A stretch of DNA of 64,000 nt from Felis catus (lineage: Eukaryota), in NCBI RefSeq assembly GCF_018350175.1, contig NC_058368.1, forward strand, positions 202,432,001-202,496,000, in the 5' to 3' direction. The notes beneath the pieces are model-generated. The model did not search any database, was not told where the DNA came from, and saw only the letters and a program-made list of their open reading frames with translations. Positions 1 through 12,428 of this stretch are shown piece by piece (within the stretch, counting starts at the first letter, position 1; every line of letters begins with the position of its first letter). A program made the translations under genes and the position numbers.

Positions 1-1529
1 GTGAAAAGAAAATATGTGAAAGATGCTTGACACATAACCAATATTTAACAAATATTACATTCTCCTTTCAGCTTCTGTTATCCTCTTAAGTGATTGATAT
101 ATAAGTACAAATAAGTAATAGTGGTTTATCTAAAAGACATAGGATTGTACTCATGAATTCACTCATTCAGTAAGTATTTACTGAATGCTGAGTATGTTTT
201 CAGTGAGTATTAGGTGCTTTAGATATAAAAAAATGAAACTAAAGAGTAACAGTCTTTCAGAGACTTTCTGTCTAGTAAAGAAGACAGGCACATGAGGATT
301 GACTTTAATGGAGGGAAAGAATGCCAATAGGGAAATTGTACAAAATGATATGCCACCAGAGAAAATCATGATGCATTAATTCTATAATATTATTAGCTAC
401 ATTTTATAATTTTTTACTATTTATTTCTGAGAGTTTTGTTGCAAACCATCACAAGTAGTCAACACTTTTGCATGTATTTTTTTTTTTTGTTAAAAAGAAC
501 TATTTGCTGAGATTATCTCAGATTTTTAACCTTTAAATCTTTATCAGTCTATTGTTACCCTGTTATGATTCTAAAAAGCATAAAGTTTTCAGGCTTGTTG
601 TAAAAGTCAATCAAGTCAAGAATTATTTTGGAATTGTGTGCTTAAAAGGTAGAAAAATCCATTAGAAAATAGCAAAGGGATTACCTATTGACTAAAATGT
701 GGACTACCTCTATATCCCTTTTCTATGTAAAATAAATCTATGTTCCTTCTGTATCAACACATCATGTTGGAAAGAGAGAGAAAAGCTCTTAACCTACTTT
801 CCTATCTTCAATTTTTAACTTTATCATGCTTGTTAATTGCCTGGGTGTCCTTTAACCATCTATTTCCATGATTCTTTCCCAGAGGCTTGGTTTAATTTTA
901 AAAGTGCAGTGTATTCAGCCCTAATTATGTGAGAGCTCACTGCAGGCAAACAGCAAGAGATAGTAATGACCAAAATGTATTTTTAAATCAGTGCGACAGA
1001 TACCACAAGCACATTGCTGTAAACATTTAATGACTAGGAAATACAACCATGTAAGGTGATATTTGGAAGCTAATGATATTTGAAAATAAAATTCCTTCTT
1101 AGAAACATAATGTCACTAACTGTGATTTTTAAAAAAAATACATATTTTTGTAGTTTTATATTCTTTCTCTTATCAAGTATTTAAACAAGGTGATCACTCC
1201 CACAGCCTCAAATTCTTTTCTTCTTCAATAACTAGATGTAAGGTGGTTTTACTTTATCTGAGTTTGAATGAAGTTCACAAAATATGCAGTCTGTGTGCCT
1301 GGAAATAGTGTCCATTGTTTCTTTGAAAGGCATGCTATTTTGTTGACTTAAATGTCCACAATAAATCAAGATTTTAAACATTTTCTATCACAGTTACTTT
1401 TACATTAACTTAGTGGGGGAAATAATTACCATTGAAATGTTTTCACTGGTCATGCAAAGGACAAGAAATAGCCAGTGGTTTATTCTACAAATACAAAGAG
1501 TCAAAATGCAGGATTATCTGCTAAATTCT

Positions 1530-1730
1530 AACTAAGTGCCAGACACTGTTTTAAGTGTCTTTATTATCTTACTGAATCCTTTGAGCAACCCTACAACATT
1601 TATTAATTGTGTCATATTACATTCTAGAAAACCAGATTATGGAGCGGATAGGTGGTCAGACAGCTTCTAAGTAGAGAAGCTTGGATTTGAACCCAGGGAT
1701 CTGGCTCAGAGCCCAGGATCTCAAGCACTT
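1530..1730 (-). mobile_element. MIR fragment
   Basis: Degenerate MIR-like motifs: gtgccagacactgttttaagtg...aatcctttgagcaaccct...ggatttgaacccagggatctggctcagagccc. Confidence 0.6.
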
Positions 1731-4189
1731 GTCTCAGAGGAATTTAGTCATTTCCTGACCTAGTTGACTCAGTCTTTTTCTCTGGCTTTTTAAAAAATGT
1801 AGTGTTAGAAGTTATATATTCTTTTCCTGACTATAAGAATCTTAGTTATTTAGGTGATAGTCTTGAATGGGAAATGGTGCCCCATTAGCGAAATATTGGC
1901 TGCATTTTTCTGAAAGCTCACTTCTAGTTCGCCATGTGGGATTGCATTCTATGTGTAAAAACACAATTATTCCAAATGCTTGCTTCTTTTTATAAAAAGC
2001 TAAATATTTTACATTAAAGAGTTAAGGGTAAATCTTGACAATTGAAATATCCTTATCCAAGCAGGCAACTAAAACAGAAATAAAACTATGATGACTTTTT
2101 TTTTTTGCTCTACTTAAGTTTAGTACTCCAGAAAACATAAGAACTAGTAAAAACAATTCTATTTCCTAAAAATACTTTTAATTTTCTTTCATTATGTTTT
2201 TGTATTCTTTTAAAAGATAGTGCTTATGTACCAAATGAACAGACTATTCAAATGAAAACAGCAATGAAGAGCCAAACTCATAATGAAGGCATCAGGAGGT
2301 GTATGGGAATAGAAAGAAGCTGTAAAACTTTAGCTACAAATATTATTGAAGAAAGATATAGCTATTACACAAAAAAGGTCAATGTTTGCCATTAGGTTGC
2401 ATCTACAGCCATATAAATATTGTATATTAGATAGCTTATAAATTGGAGTTCATTTGAATAATAATTGCTTGAGAAAATTTAAGAGAGTTGTTATTAGACT
2501 TTGAATCTACTGGAAAAAAAACAGGAAGCTAGGAAAGGCAGGAAACAATGTGTAAAGTTTTATGTGGCAGATGGTCAAGAAATTTCCCTAAAACTACAGT
2601 CCTGTTGTACCTCTGAGATCATTCCTTCTGGTTTCTTGAGGTCTGATACCAAGATATTCCACCTAATGGAATCACTGCACCCCAAAACAATTATTTCATA
2701 ACCCACCTTTCCTTATTGGGACTGTGAAGCTATAGAAATAAGCTGAAGAAACTAAATCCCAAACAGAATGAAACAAAAACAAAAACAGAGATAACTGAAG
2801 AATTAAGGAAAATCCTGCTGCAATTTATTTGTTTAAAAATAGAGTTAATTTAAAATTCTTGAAAAAGTGAGGTAAGCGATGTTCCAGTCTTCAAAATCAG
2901 AATTTCCTATAATAATGGATATTTCAACACTGTATTTTATTATTTACCCTCTCTAACTTAGGTCAATTTAAATTCTTTTTCTATAAGGAGCATGCTCAAA
3001 ACACTTTAACACAAAATTAAACCTTTGGCTCTCTGTTATTTTGATGCTTTCATAATTCACTTTTTACCTTTACAGACTTTCGAAAAGAGGAATTTATATT
3101 CACTCTCTCCCCCTTGCTTAGCATTACTCCTAAACCCTGCATTACCTGGCTTTCCATTTGAGCAGAATCCTGGGGGAAAACACCCCCAAAACAGAAAACA
3201 AACAACAAACCAGCCAAACAATAAATTTTATAAATGTCATTTAATCTCCTTGTTTCTAAATCTAGTAAACACTCTTCAGATTTTAATTTGAACCATTAAT
3301 GGCGTTTGACACTCCTTTTTGACTTTTCTGACCCTTCACTACTCTGATTATTGGTTCAATGTTATTGGTTCTCAAAGTCTTCAAGGTCTTGTCTCTCCTT
3401 ACCGTACATTTTCTCCTTGGGAAATGTCATCCATTACCATATCTTGAAGTGTCACTGCCTCTTCTGGCCCGGGCCATATTCCTTAGCATCAGCGTAACAT
3501 ATCCAACGACCCCTTTGGTGCACTGTGTCACCTTTGATCTGATGGCCAAATGTGCTCTCCAGCTTATGTTTCCTCAAGGATTGGGTGATTAATGATGATA
3601 CTTAACCTTAAATCTCATTATTATTTTAGGTTTCTACTTGTTCTTCCCTGGCATTCAACCTGTGATGCATAGATGTGCACAAGGGCATGTACACACTCAT
3701 GCACACAGCCATACGCACACACACCACACCACACTCACTATGACTGACTTATCCTGCCTCCTAAATGTCTCCTAAATCTGTCACCTCTTCATCATCAGTA
3801 CCAAAGCTCAAGTTCATTTCCTCTCTTATTTTTCTTTTGTGATCCATCCATTGGCTTCTAGTGTGGTTCCCCTTCTTTCTTCAAAACCAACACCTAATTG
3901 TTCCTACTACATTCTACTACATTTTGCCTTTTTTTTTTTTTTAACATTCATTCTTCTTTCATGTGTCTCTACTTTAGTATGTTTTTTCAACTATTTGATA
4001 TGTCTAAGAATGAAACCAAAATTAAAAGCTAAATAGACAACTTTAGTTACCTATACTTTGGAGTTAAGCAGAGAAACAGTACTGGAGTTTACAGAGTTAA
4101 ACCAGAGGTAATAAACCAGAGCCAGACAATTTGTAATGGAATTCAAGAGGCAGGGCTCTGAGAAATTCTCCGAAACTTCACAGCTATGC

Positions 4190-4520
4190 AATTCAATTCA
4201 ATACTGATTTACTAATCACTTAGTATTTGTCAGCCACTAAGCTAGACCCAGGATAGAGCACTGAAAAAGGCAGACATCACTCCTCCTTCTTGTGAGTTAA
4301 TAATCTTGGGTGAAAGACATGCATTAAATGACTAACGAGAGATGATCACTGTTAACAAAGGAAGACCACAGGGTAATATATGGAAGGATAGAGCTAGGAG
4401 CTTAATCTAATCCAGGGGGTTAGGAAAAACCTCCATGAAAATGTGACAGTTGAATTTAGAATTCAAAAACAAATAGGAATTGGGGAGGTAAACTAGTAGT
4501 TTTAGATGTGGGTGAGGATA
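4190..4520 (-). mobile_element. L2 3' end fragment (old)
   Basis: attcaattcaatactgatttactaatcact...aaggcagacatcactcct...ggggttaggaaaaacctcc resembles a reversed L2 3' end. Confidence 0.5.
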
Positions 4521-4665
4521 GAGTGAAAAACCTGACTCAAGACACTTCAAAGAAGCAACTGCTGACAACGGTTTGAATGATTTCCTACCACTATTAGTTG
4601 GATAGATAAGATAGATAGGCTGATGATAGATAGACAGATGATACATTATAGTTAAAAATAGTTAA

Positions 4666-4870
4666 GGGCGCCTGGGTGGCGCAGTCGGTTAAGCGTCCGA
4701 CTTCAGCCAGGTCACGATCTCGTGGTCCGTGAGTTCGAGCCCCGCGTCGGGCTCTGGGCTGATGGCTCCGAGCCTGGAGCCTGTTTCCGATTCTGTGTCT
4801 CCCTCTCTCTCTGCCCCTCCCCCGTTCATGCTCTGTCTCTCTCTGTCCCAAAAATAAATAAACGTTGAAA
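4666..4870 (+). mobile_element. Can-SINE, young felid SINEC_Fc type
   Basis: gggcgcctgggtggcgcagtcggttaagcg head with A/B boxes, CpGs intact, (CT) tract, aataaa/polyA tail. TSD AAAAATAGTTAA. Confidence 0.95.
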
Positions 4871-5350
4871 AAAAATAGTTAAAATTAATAACTAAAATAA
4901 AAAATAGTTAAAGGTATGTCTCAAGGATCACACTGCATATTTATTTTTTCTGTAATGCATCTTCACAACCTCCACCCATTTTTCCTCTGGCATGATTATA
5001 TTTGAGTATATCCCTATTCAAGGCTTAGATTTCCTACAAATCTTTTGACACATAAAAGATCATTCCTTTGCATTCTCTTGGAATTTATTTATAATTTATA
5101 TTCCATTATCTTGAGACTGCATATATTGCCTGGTTATTTTAGCCATTCTATTCTTTCCTCTGTTTTCTCAAATTTTCCCCAGAGCGTTTATGTCTTCTGC
5201 CTCTTTTAGTTTTGTCCCCTTCCTTACTATTTACCTAAGTAGCCTGAATGATATGCTCCAAACACATCTTACTTTAAGCATGGTAAAATTTTTATTCTGA
5301 TTTCCCTGTAGAGAAATATGCAAATCAAAATACAGGACAGTTATAGTTTG

Positions 5351-5410
5351 TATTTTATTTTATTTTATTTTATTTTATTTTATTTTATTTTATTTTATTT
5401 TATTTTATTT
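5351..5410. repeat. (TATTT)12 pentanucleotide microsatellite
   Basis: Direct reading. Confidence 0.95.
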
Positions 5411-5461
5411 ATGACTTCTAATGCATGTGATATAATGTATCTGATTAACAGATAAAACTAC

Positions 5462-5636
5462 GGGGTGCCTGTGTGGCTCAGTCAGTTAAGTGCCCCACTC
5501 TTGATTTCATCTCAGGTCATAATCTAATGGTGTGTGAGATCCAGCCCAGAGTGGGGCTCTGAACTGACAGGGCTGAGCCTACTTGGGATTCTCTCTCCTT
5601 CTCCCTCTGTCCCTCCTCTGCTCATGCATGTGTGCG

Positions 5637-5676
<40 letters not shown>

Positions 5677-5701
5677 ATAAATAAATAAGTGTTTAAAAAA
5701 A
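5462..5701 (+). mobile_element. Can-SINE (older)
   Basis: ggggtgcctgtgtggctcagtcagttaag head, (CT)n, aaaataaataaataa tail. Confidence 0.9.
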
Positions 5702-5817
5702 CCTCACAACTATATAAGTATGTATAGATTTGCTTGTATGTGTGTGCATGTTTCTAGAGCAATTTATACTCCTGTCACTCTTTATGTAATGATAAGACAC
5801 ATATTAAAAATCTGGTT

Positions 5818-6022
5818 GGGGGCACCTGGGTGGCTCAGTCAGTTAAGCAACCAACTTCAACTCAGGTCATGATCTCACAGTTCATGAATTCAAGCCCTAC
5901 ATTGGGCTCTCTGCTGTCCGCACAGAGCCCGCTTTGGATCCCCTATACTCACCTCCCTCTCTGCCCCTCTCCTGCTTGTGCACGCACGTTCTCTCTCTCT
6001 CTCTCAAAAAATAAACATTTAA
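5818..6022 (+). mobile_element. Can-SINE
   Basis: ggggcacctgggtggctcagtcagttaag head, A tail. Imperfect TSD AAAAA(T/A)CTGGTTG. Confidence 0.92.
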
Positions 6023-7942
6023 AAAAAACTGGTTGTTTTCCTAAAGATCTCATAGACAATATGACGTATGATGACAAAGGAGATCATACTGGAAAAGCTA
6101 AGTGATAAAAGGATGTAAACATTTGAAATAAAGTGATCCTTCGAGAAAGGACCAATTTGACAATAAATTTCATATTAAAAAAGAAAGAAAGAAAGCTTCT
6201 GGAAATAAATCTTGTGTGTAGAAAATCCAGCCATGTCAGAATACTCGCATATGCACGCACATACTTTGTAAGTCATGTGAAGTAGGGAAGCATAAGCATA
6301 CGCACAACTGCAGTGAAGAGCTCCCTGTTTGTCTTGATCCAAGTAGTGAGTAACTGGGCTGCATGTGGGCAGAGTTGCAAAGTATGAATAATCTGTGGTC
6401 TGCTTACCAGCCTTTCCTACAGCGTTTTTCTGTTCTTGCTCCTGAGCCTCTTTCCCATTAAACAGAAAAGTATCTGGCACCAACTATTATTGATGATGGT
6501 TAGACTTAAGTGTATGCATGCTGAAGTGACTTTATCCTATTTTTTAAATTTATGTTTTTCTATCTAATGATGGAAAAGAAATTTCACAGTGGAAGAAGTG
6601 AGCAAATTACTTAATGCAGGCGGGTAATGGGAGCTGTACAGAGATGACCCTTAATCATATTAGGCTATTTGGCTCTTCCTGAAGGTATAGCTGATTTAAT
6701 ACTTTGGGATGATCCGGGGAAAGGTCAAAAGATACAGTCAGGTATCACAAATGGGGCTGAGGATGAAGAACATAAATTTGTAGTGCCATGCTTGGCATGG
6801 TTGTGCAATTTTTCTCTAACAGTTCAGCATCTCTGTGTATACAGAGAGCATTCACGTTCTAGCCTCTATCCACATTGGGTTTGGCAGGAGGATGTGTTGG
6901 AATGAAGGGTCACCGGTGACTCAGTGGCCCAAAGAATGAGCCCTCTAGGTGATCTGCCATGAGACCCAGTGTGTGTGGGAAAGGACCCGCCATGAGATGT
7001 TTGAATGACTAGGTAATAGATATAATGTGGCTAATAAAGTGAGATAGAGGGCTTGACTGGCTTCAGATATTTTAAGGGACAAAAGTTGATTTCCTGACAC
7101 ATCTAAATCTGGAGCAAAGCTAGTATCAGACTTGGTATTAGATGGGTGCTGTAAATTAGTGAAAGTATGTGGAAGTGTGTCTTTCCCAAGACAGAGCTTA
7201 TGAAATTCAGAATAGTACTGAGAGTAACAGTTCCAGAATGATTATCGAATCATAGTTTCCAGGAAGGTCTGTTGCCACTTGTTTATATTTTTCAAGTAGC
7301 AATAATTTCTTAGGAATTCTGAAGTTTTGTGCCACCTACATTCAATATATAATTAGGCGGTTATATATCCATGCAGCTTTTATTGAAAATGCACTCCTTC
7401 TGTACTTTCTTATTTTAAATCCCACAATTATTTTTAGCCATATTCAAAATATATTAACAAAATATTCAGTTTTCATGATATTGAAAAATCTTGTCAGTTT
7501 GTAACATCATTTCCTGATTTATATGTCATGACTAAAAATATACTTAATGTTAAATTGATTCCAGGAGATAGAAAAGAACAGAAAAGTTAAGTCATAGCTA
7601 ATTAAAATGCATTTCTGTTAGTTCTGTTTTTAGTGATAAAATATGTGTTTTCTATTTCATTATGATGAAACTTTGTTATAGAGTTCATAATGTAAGCTTA
7701 ACGTAAAATTATGATAAAAATAAATTATGTAGATAAAAGATATTCACTGAAGAAGTGTTTTTTTTTTTTTAGAGAATGTGTGTTTCCCTCTTTTTATTCA
7801 TTATCCTTTTATCAAACGGTTTAATAATTGCCTCCACAGACAGCTCTGTGGCACTTAAAATGTATGGACCTCTAAGTACTCCTCATAAAATAGTTTTAAA
7901 TGATTAAATTCTAATTGGAGATATTTAAAATTTTTTGACAAT

Positions 7943-8104
7943 GTTTTTAAATGTTTTATTTATTTTTTGAGAGAGTGGAGGAGAGGCAAAGAGGGAGACA
8001 GAGGATCTGAAGCAGGCTTGGTGGGGGTCAAACTCACAAACTGTGGGATCATGACCTGATTCAAAGTTGGACGTTCAACTGGCTGAGTCACACAGGTGCC
8101 CCCC
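7943..8104 (-). mobile_element. Can-SINE, internally deleted
   Basis: Reverse tail ttttatttatttttt gagagag, ends caggtgcccccc. It lacks the central segment (reverse of gctctgtgctgacag) seen in the other copies. Confidence 0.85.
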
Positions 8105-8203
8105 AAATTTTTGTGTATTTAACCCAAAGAGTTAGTTTATGTGTATATATGTATATTATATATGTATATGTATAGACTAAAAGTCAAAAAAATTAACATT
8201 TTT

Positions 8204-8396
8204 AAAAATATTTATTCTGCGAGGGAGACAGCTCAAGTGGGGGAGGGGCAAAGAGAAAGGGAGAGAGAATCCCAAGCAGACCCAGCACTGTCAGTGCAGA
8301 GCCCTATGTGGGATTTGTTCTCATGAACTGTGAGATTATGACCTGAGCTGAAATCAAGAGTTAGTAGCTTACCTGACTGAGCTACCCAGATGCTCC
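8204..8396 (-). mobile_element. Can-SINE
   Basis: Reverse SINE body. TSD AAAATTA(A/G)CATTTT. Confidence 0.9.
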
Positions 8397-8869
8397 TGAA
8401 AATTAGCATTTTAATATTAAAATTTAAAGAATAACTGTCTCATGGAAAGCTTAGTATACAATGCCTGAAAAATTTTAATTTATTTAAATGTCTTTGTTGT
8501 TTCATCAGAAAAATATTATTTTGCTTTAAACATTAAAAGAACATTTTAACTTAAAATGTTAAAACAAATAGTGGGAAAAAATTAGGGGGAATATGTATAG
8601 TCATACTTGAAATCGTGAGAAATGAAGTAAAAGCACTAGAATGATTCTGTTGTGCCTTTTTTGTAGAGAGCATAAGGTCAAGTTTGTGATGGTTGTTGAG
8701 GGGCTATTTTAGAAAGCGTTATCAGTTGATTGTAGCTATAGAAAACTTTATTTGAAGACACATTTCTCTATCACCTCTAACCCTCCATTTGTGGTGCTGA
8801 TATAAGTAAAGAATTGTGTTACTTGAAAAAAACACTAATGTCTAGGGATGCTTGGGTGGAATTTGAAAA

Positions 8870-9565
8870 GATAACCTAAAGAGCTCCCAATGGCCAAAGA
8901 TGGAACAAATTAAGCAACTAAATAAAAAAGAGTATTGAATTATAATGCAAAATATAAGTATCCATGAATCCATGTTGATGTAAATAAACAACTGAATTAA
9001 TAAATAAATGGAGAGGAAACAAATATGTCATATCAAAGAATTCTGAATAATTTGTGTAGACAACCCTCAAGGAAGTGTACTGTAAAGGCCCATTCAGTTA
9101 GCATTGATAAATCATGTTGTTTATGATGTACTCTTGACATCATGTGGTCTCTGTCTTCTGTGCTCTTCCACCCAAAACACCATAACCACAGTCTAGTCAT
9201 GCAAATCTCAGTTTTGAGAATATTTTACAAAATACCTGACCCATCTCCTTAAAAATGTCAGGTCATCACCATCAAGAATTGTCTAAGAAACTGTCACCGC
9301 CCATAGGAACTGAGACATGACAACTGAAGTGTAATATGATAACCTGGATAGGATACTGGAACAGAAAAAGGACATTGGGTAAAAATAGGGACAACTAAAT
9401 AAAGTATAGACTTTAGTTACTATTCTATTAATAATCACTCATTACGAATGACTACCATAAGATGTAAAACTAAGGGAAAGTGGGTTGTAAAGTATGTGGA
9501 AACTCACTATCTTTGTAGTTTTCTGTAAATTTAAAACTATCCTAAAACAAAACTTTGTTTAAAAG
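8870..9565 (+). mobile_element. Old L1 3' UTR (L1MC/L1MD-like)
   Basis: gagctcccaatggccaaag..., gagacatgacaactgaagtg...ggatactggaacagaaaaaggacatt..., tatctttgtagttttctgtaaatttaaaactat resemble an L1MC/MD 3' end. Confidence 0.75.
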
Positions 9566-12205
9566 ACAATCAAAACGATCTTTTAGTAACCAGATACTTA
9601 TACAGCAAAGCAGGAGCTACAAGACTTTCTAATTTTTAAAAATCTGATCTTTTACATAAGATTTGTCTTTATTTTTTATGACACCATTTGTATTTCTCAG
9701 TTGTTTAACATGACAACTTTCTTTTCCAAACACACAGACTGAAAGTAGTTACTTTCAGACGAATTAAATTTACTTATTCTAGTCTGTTATTTTGACTAAA
9801 GTACTTAACTCATTTTTAATTACTTGATGGAATTCAGTTCTTTTGATTCAAATTGGGTTGATAATATTTTACTAGCAGTATACTTAATGTTCAGAAATAA
9901 TCCTCTGAAAACACACTGTCACTAGTCAGGCTCACTAAGGCTTGAGGAAGATTTTACTGTGTTATTTCTAGCTTTTGAAGTTCATTATCCTGGTGTTAAA
10001 AATAACACTAAGAAACCCAGAATTTTGTAGATGAGTATAATAAGATAACTTCTAGCACCTTCTGCACAGTATACCAATAGTTAAGGCAGCCTTTGTCTGT
10101 GCACAGTAGACTTATAGGATGCTCACATTTAGTTTGAGGCACAAGCCTAAACGATCCACACAGTCCTGTGGTGTTTTGTGACTGGTCAAGTGCATTCCAG
10201 TTTCAACTCATTTAAACAGATAGATGCAGTGTTGAATAATTTATATTCCACAACACTGTTTTTCTCTTTCCCCCTCCCATTTCCTCATGACACTTTTGAA
10301 ATTAGGAGAAAAAGCATTTTAAATGTAGATTTTAACTAAAGAATTTTTAACACTTACTTGGCATGGACATTTTTCTTACATGGATTATAAATTTTAAAGC
10401 AGCTAGGGAAAACCATGTATTATTTTCTAAGTTAGATTTAGTGGCTTTGCAAGAAGAAAATTGTTGAATGTAACAATAGCAGGTTCTCTGCCATCTCTGA
10501 CTTTTTTGTATCAGTGGTAATTCAGAACAGAAACTACGCCAGTCTCATAAAAAGTCTTAATGTTTAGCTATTGTTTAAAGTTTTACTATTGAAAGTGAAT
10601 ATATTGAATAATTCTATGACAACTGGGATTGATTCCACCTTCATGATTTTTTTCTATGTGGTAGTTATTGAAGAATATTACACTTATCAAAACTTATTCA
10701 ACTTATAAGTATTGAGTCTTATAAGTATTGAGTTATAACTATATACAACCAGGTACTAGGCACTAAAATACATTCAAAGAAAAACTAGACATGAGTCTTG
10801 ATATCTGGGGCCTTATAGTCTAGTGGAGATGGGAGGGTTGAGGGATGAAGCATTTATATGTTACTTTAATAATATATATATAATGTCAGATCTTATGCAT
10901 ATTGAAAATGCTTTTCTGATAATGGGCATTAGGGTTAATAGAACAGAGTGATTACTTCAAGCTAAAAAGTTATAGAGAGTTAATGGAGGGAGGTGTTATT
11001 AGAACTAGACTTTGAGGAGAGGTAGGGTTTGGGTGGTGGAGATAGAAAAAAACAGACAATTCAAATGCATGGTTCAACATAGTTAATAACAGAAAGGAAA
11101 AGGTAGTGGGAGATATTAAGGAAGGTATATGGAAAATATTTTTTTCTTTCAAAAATGAGAAATGGGCTTGGATTTTCTGATTGAGAATGCATTTAGTAGA
11201 TGTTCTAATACGAGTATTGCCACTTTCCAACGAATTAAAATGCTTGGTATTATATTAAAAATAATTTGATAGTATGACTTAAAATGGTCCTTAAATTCCT
11301 TGTATTATCTGTATGTGTCAGTTACTATTGTAAAGTAAGGGAGATTTAGGAGTATTTGTTTGAATCCATTTCATCATGTGCTGTTTACTTAGTATTTTTT
11401 CAATAAAACTGATTTTGGAGGAAATCTCCCTCTTGTGGATAAATACATTGTAATTTATTGCATAGTAGAATTGTGTGAGTATATGTGTTGTTCGTATCTT
11501 TTGAAAAACATACATTCAAAGGAGGATTTAATCATTTCTGGGGGAAAATGAAGGTTTTTTTTTTTTTGTCCCCTAGCAGATGAATCCTGAGATAATAGAG
11601 CTTATGTTTGAGGTAGGTCAAACATTAGAGAAATTTATGTTTGCAAGTGATAGTATGGTCATTGGAGCCTTCCTTGGGATTGAGTAGTGTAGGAATCTGG
11701 TAATTTACAAATTTATCCTATTAAAATTCATGGTCCAGAATTATGTAATATTCTAATGGAAGATTACTTCCTTCTAGCAACCTCCATCTTGAGGACTAAT
11801 GCTTCTATCCTTTAAGGAAAATGCACTATGTTCAAAAGCTCCTTTGAGAGCAGTATTTTAGAGAAGCTGAGGGCCTGAACTAGGAATTAAAATTCTCTTC
11901 TAGTTTCCATGGTTTAACTAAAAAATATGGAATGTGTTGGATTTAGAATGTGGCAATTAACTTTTTTTTTCAGGAAAACAAGCCTCCAATAAAGCATAAT
12001 TTGAAGATTCAGGGCTTTTTTCCCCCCTCTATGTTCCTAAATTTGCCTTTCCTTCATTTTCTTCAGTCTGTGTGAACTGAATATATCACATCTATGAGTC
12101 AAAGAAAATTTCTCCACTTTAGTCTATGTCCCATTTTCCTCCATCATCTACAACTACATTTCCTGCATTTTTACTCTTCAAACCTATGTTTATTAATAGC
12201 TTCCA

Positions 12206-12428
12206 GGGGCACCTGGGTCGCCCAGTCACTTAAGCGTCCGACTTCGGCTCAGGTCATGATCTTGCAGTTTGTGGGTTTGAGCCCTGCATCAGGCTCTGTG
12301 CTCATAGTTCAGCCTGCTTCTGATTCCGTGTCTCCCTCTCTCTCTGCCCCTCCCCCGCTCCATCCTTCCCTCTCTCTCTCTCTCTCTGTCTCTCGGATAA
12401 GTAAAACATTAAAAATTTTTGATAAAAA
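12206..12428 (+). mobile_element. Can-SINE
   Basis: ggggcacctgggtcgcccagtcacttaagcg head, CT tract, tail. Short TSD AG(C/T)TTCCA. Confidence 0.92.

Noticed and set aside
4666..4745. tRNA-like A/B boxes at SINE heads
   Set aside because: These are tRNA-derived SINE promoters, not tRNA genes.
8781..8800. GTGGTGCTGA as a possible REST/NRSE site (HCN1 is a reported REST target through an intron-1 element)
   Set aside because: Only one half-site; the GCTGTCC half is missing. I saw no full RE1 in the window.
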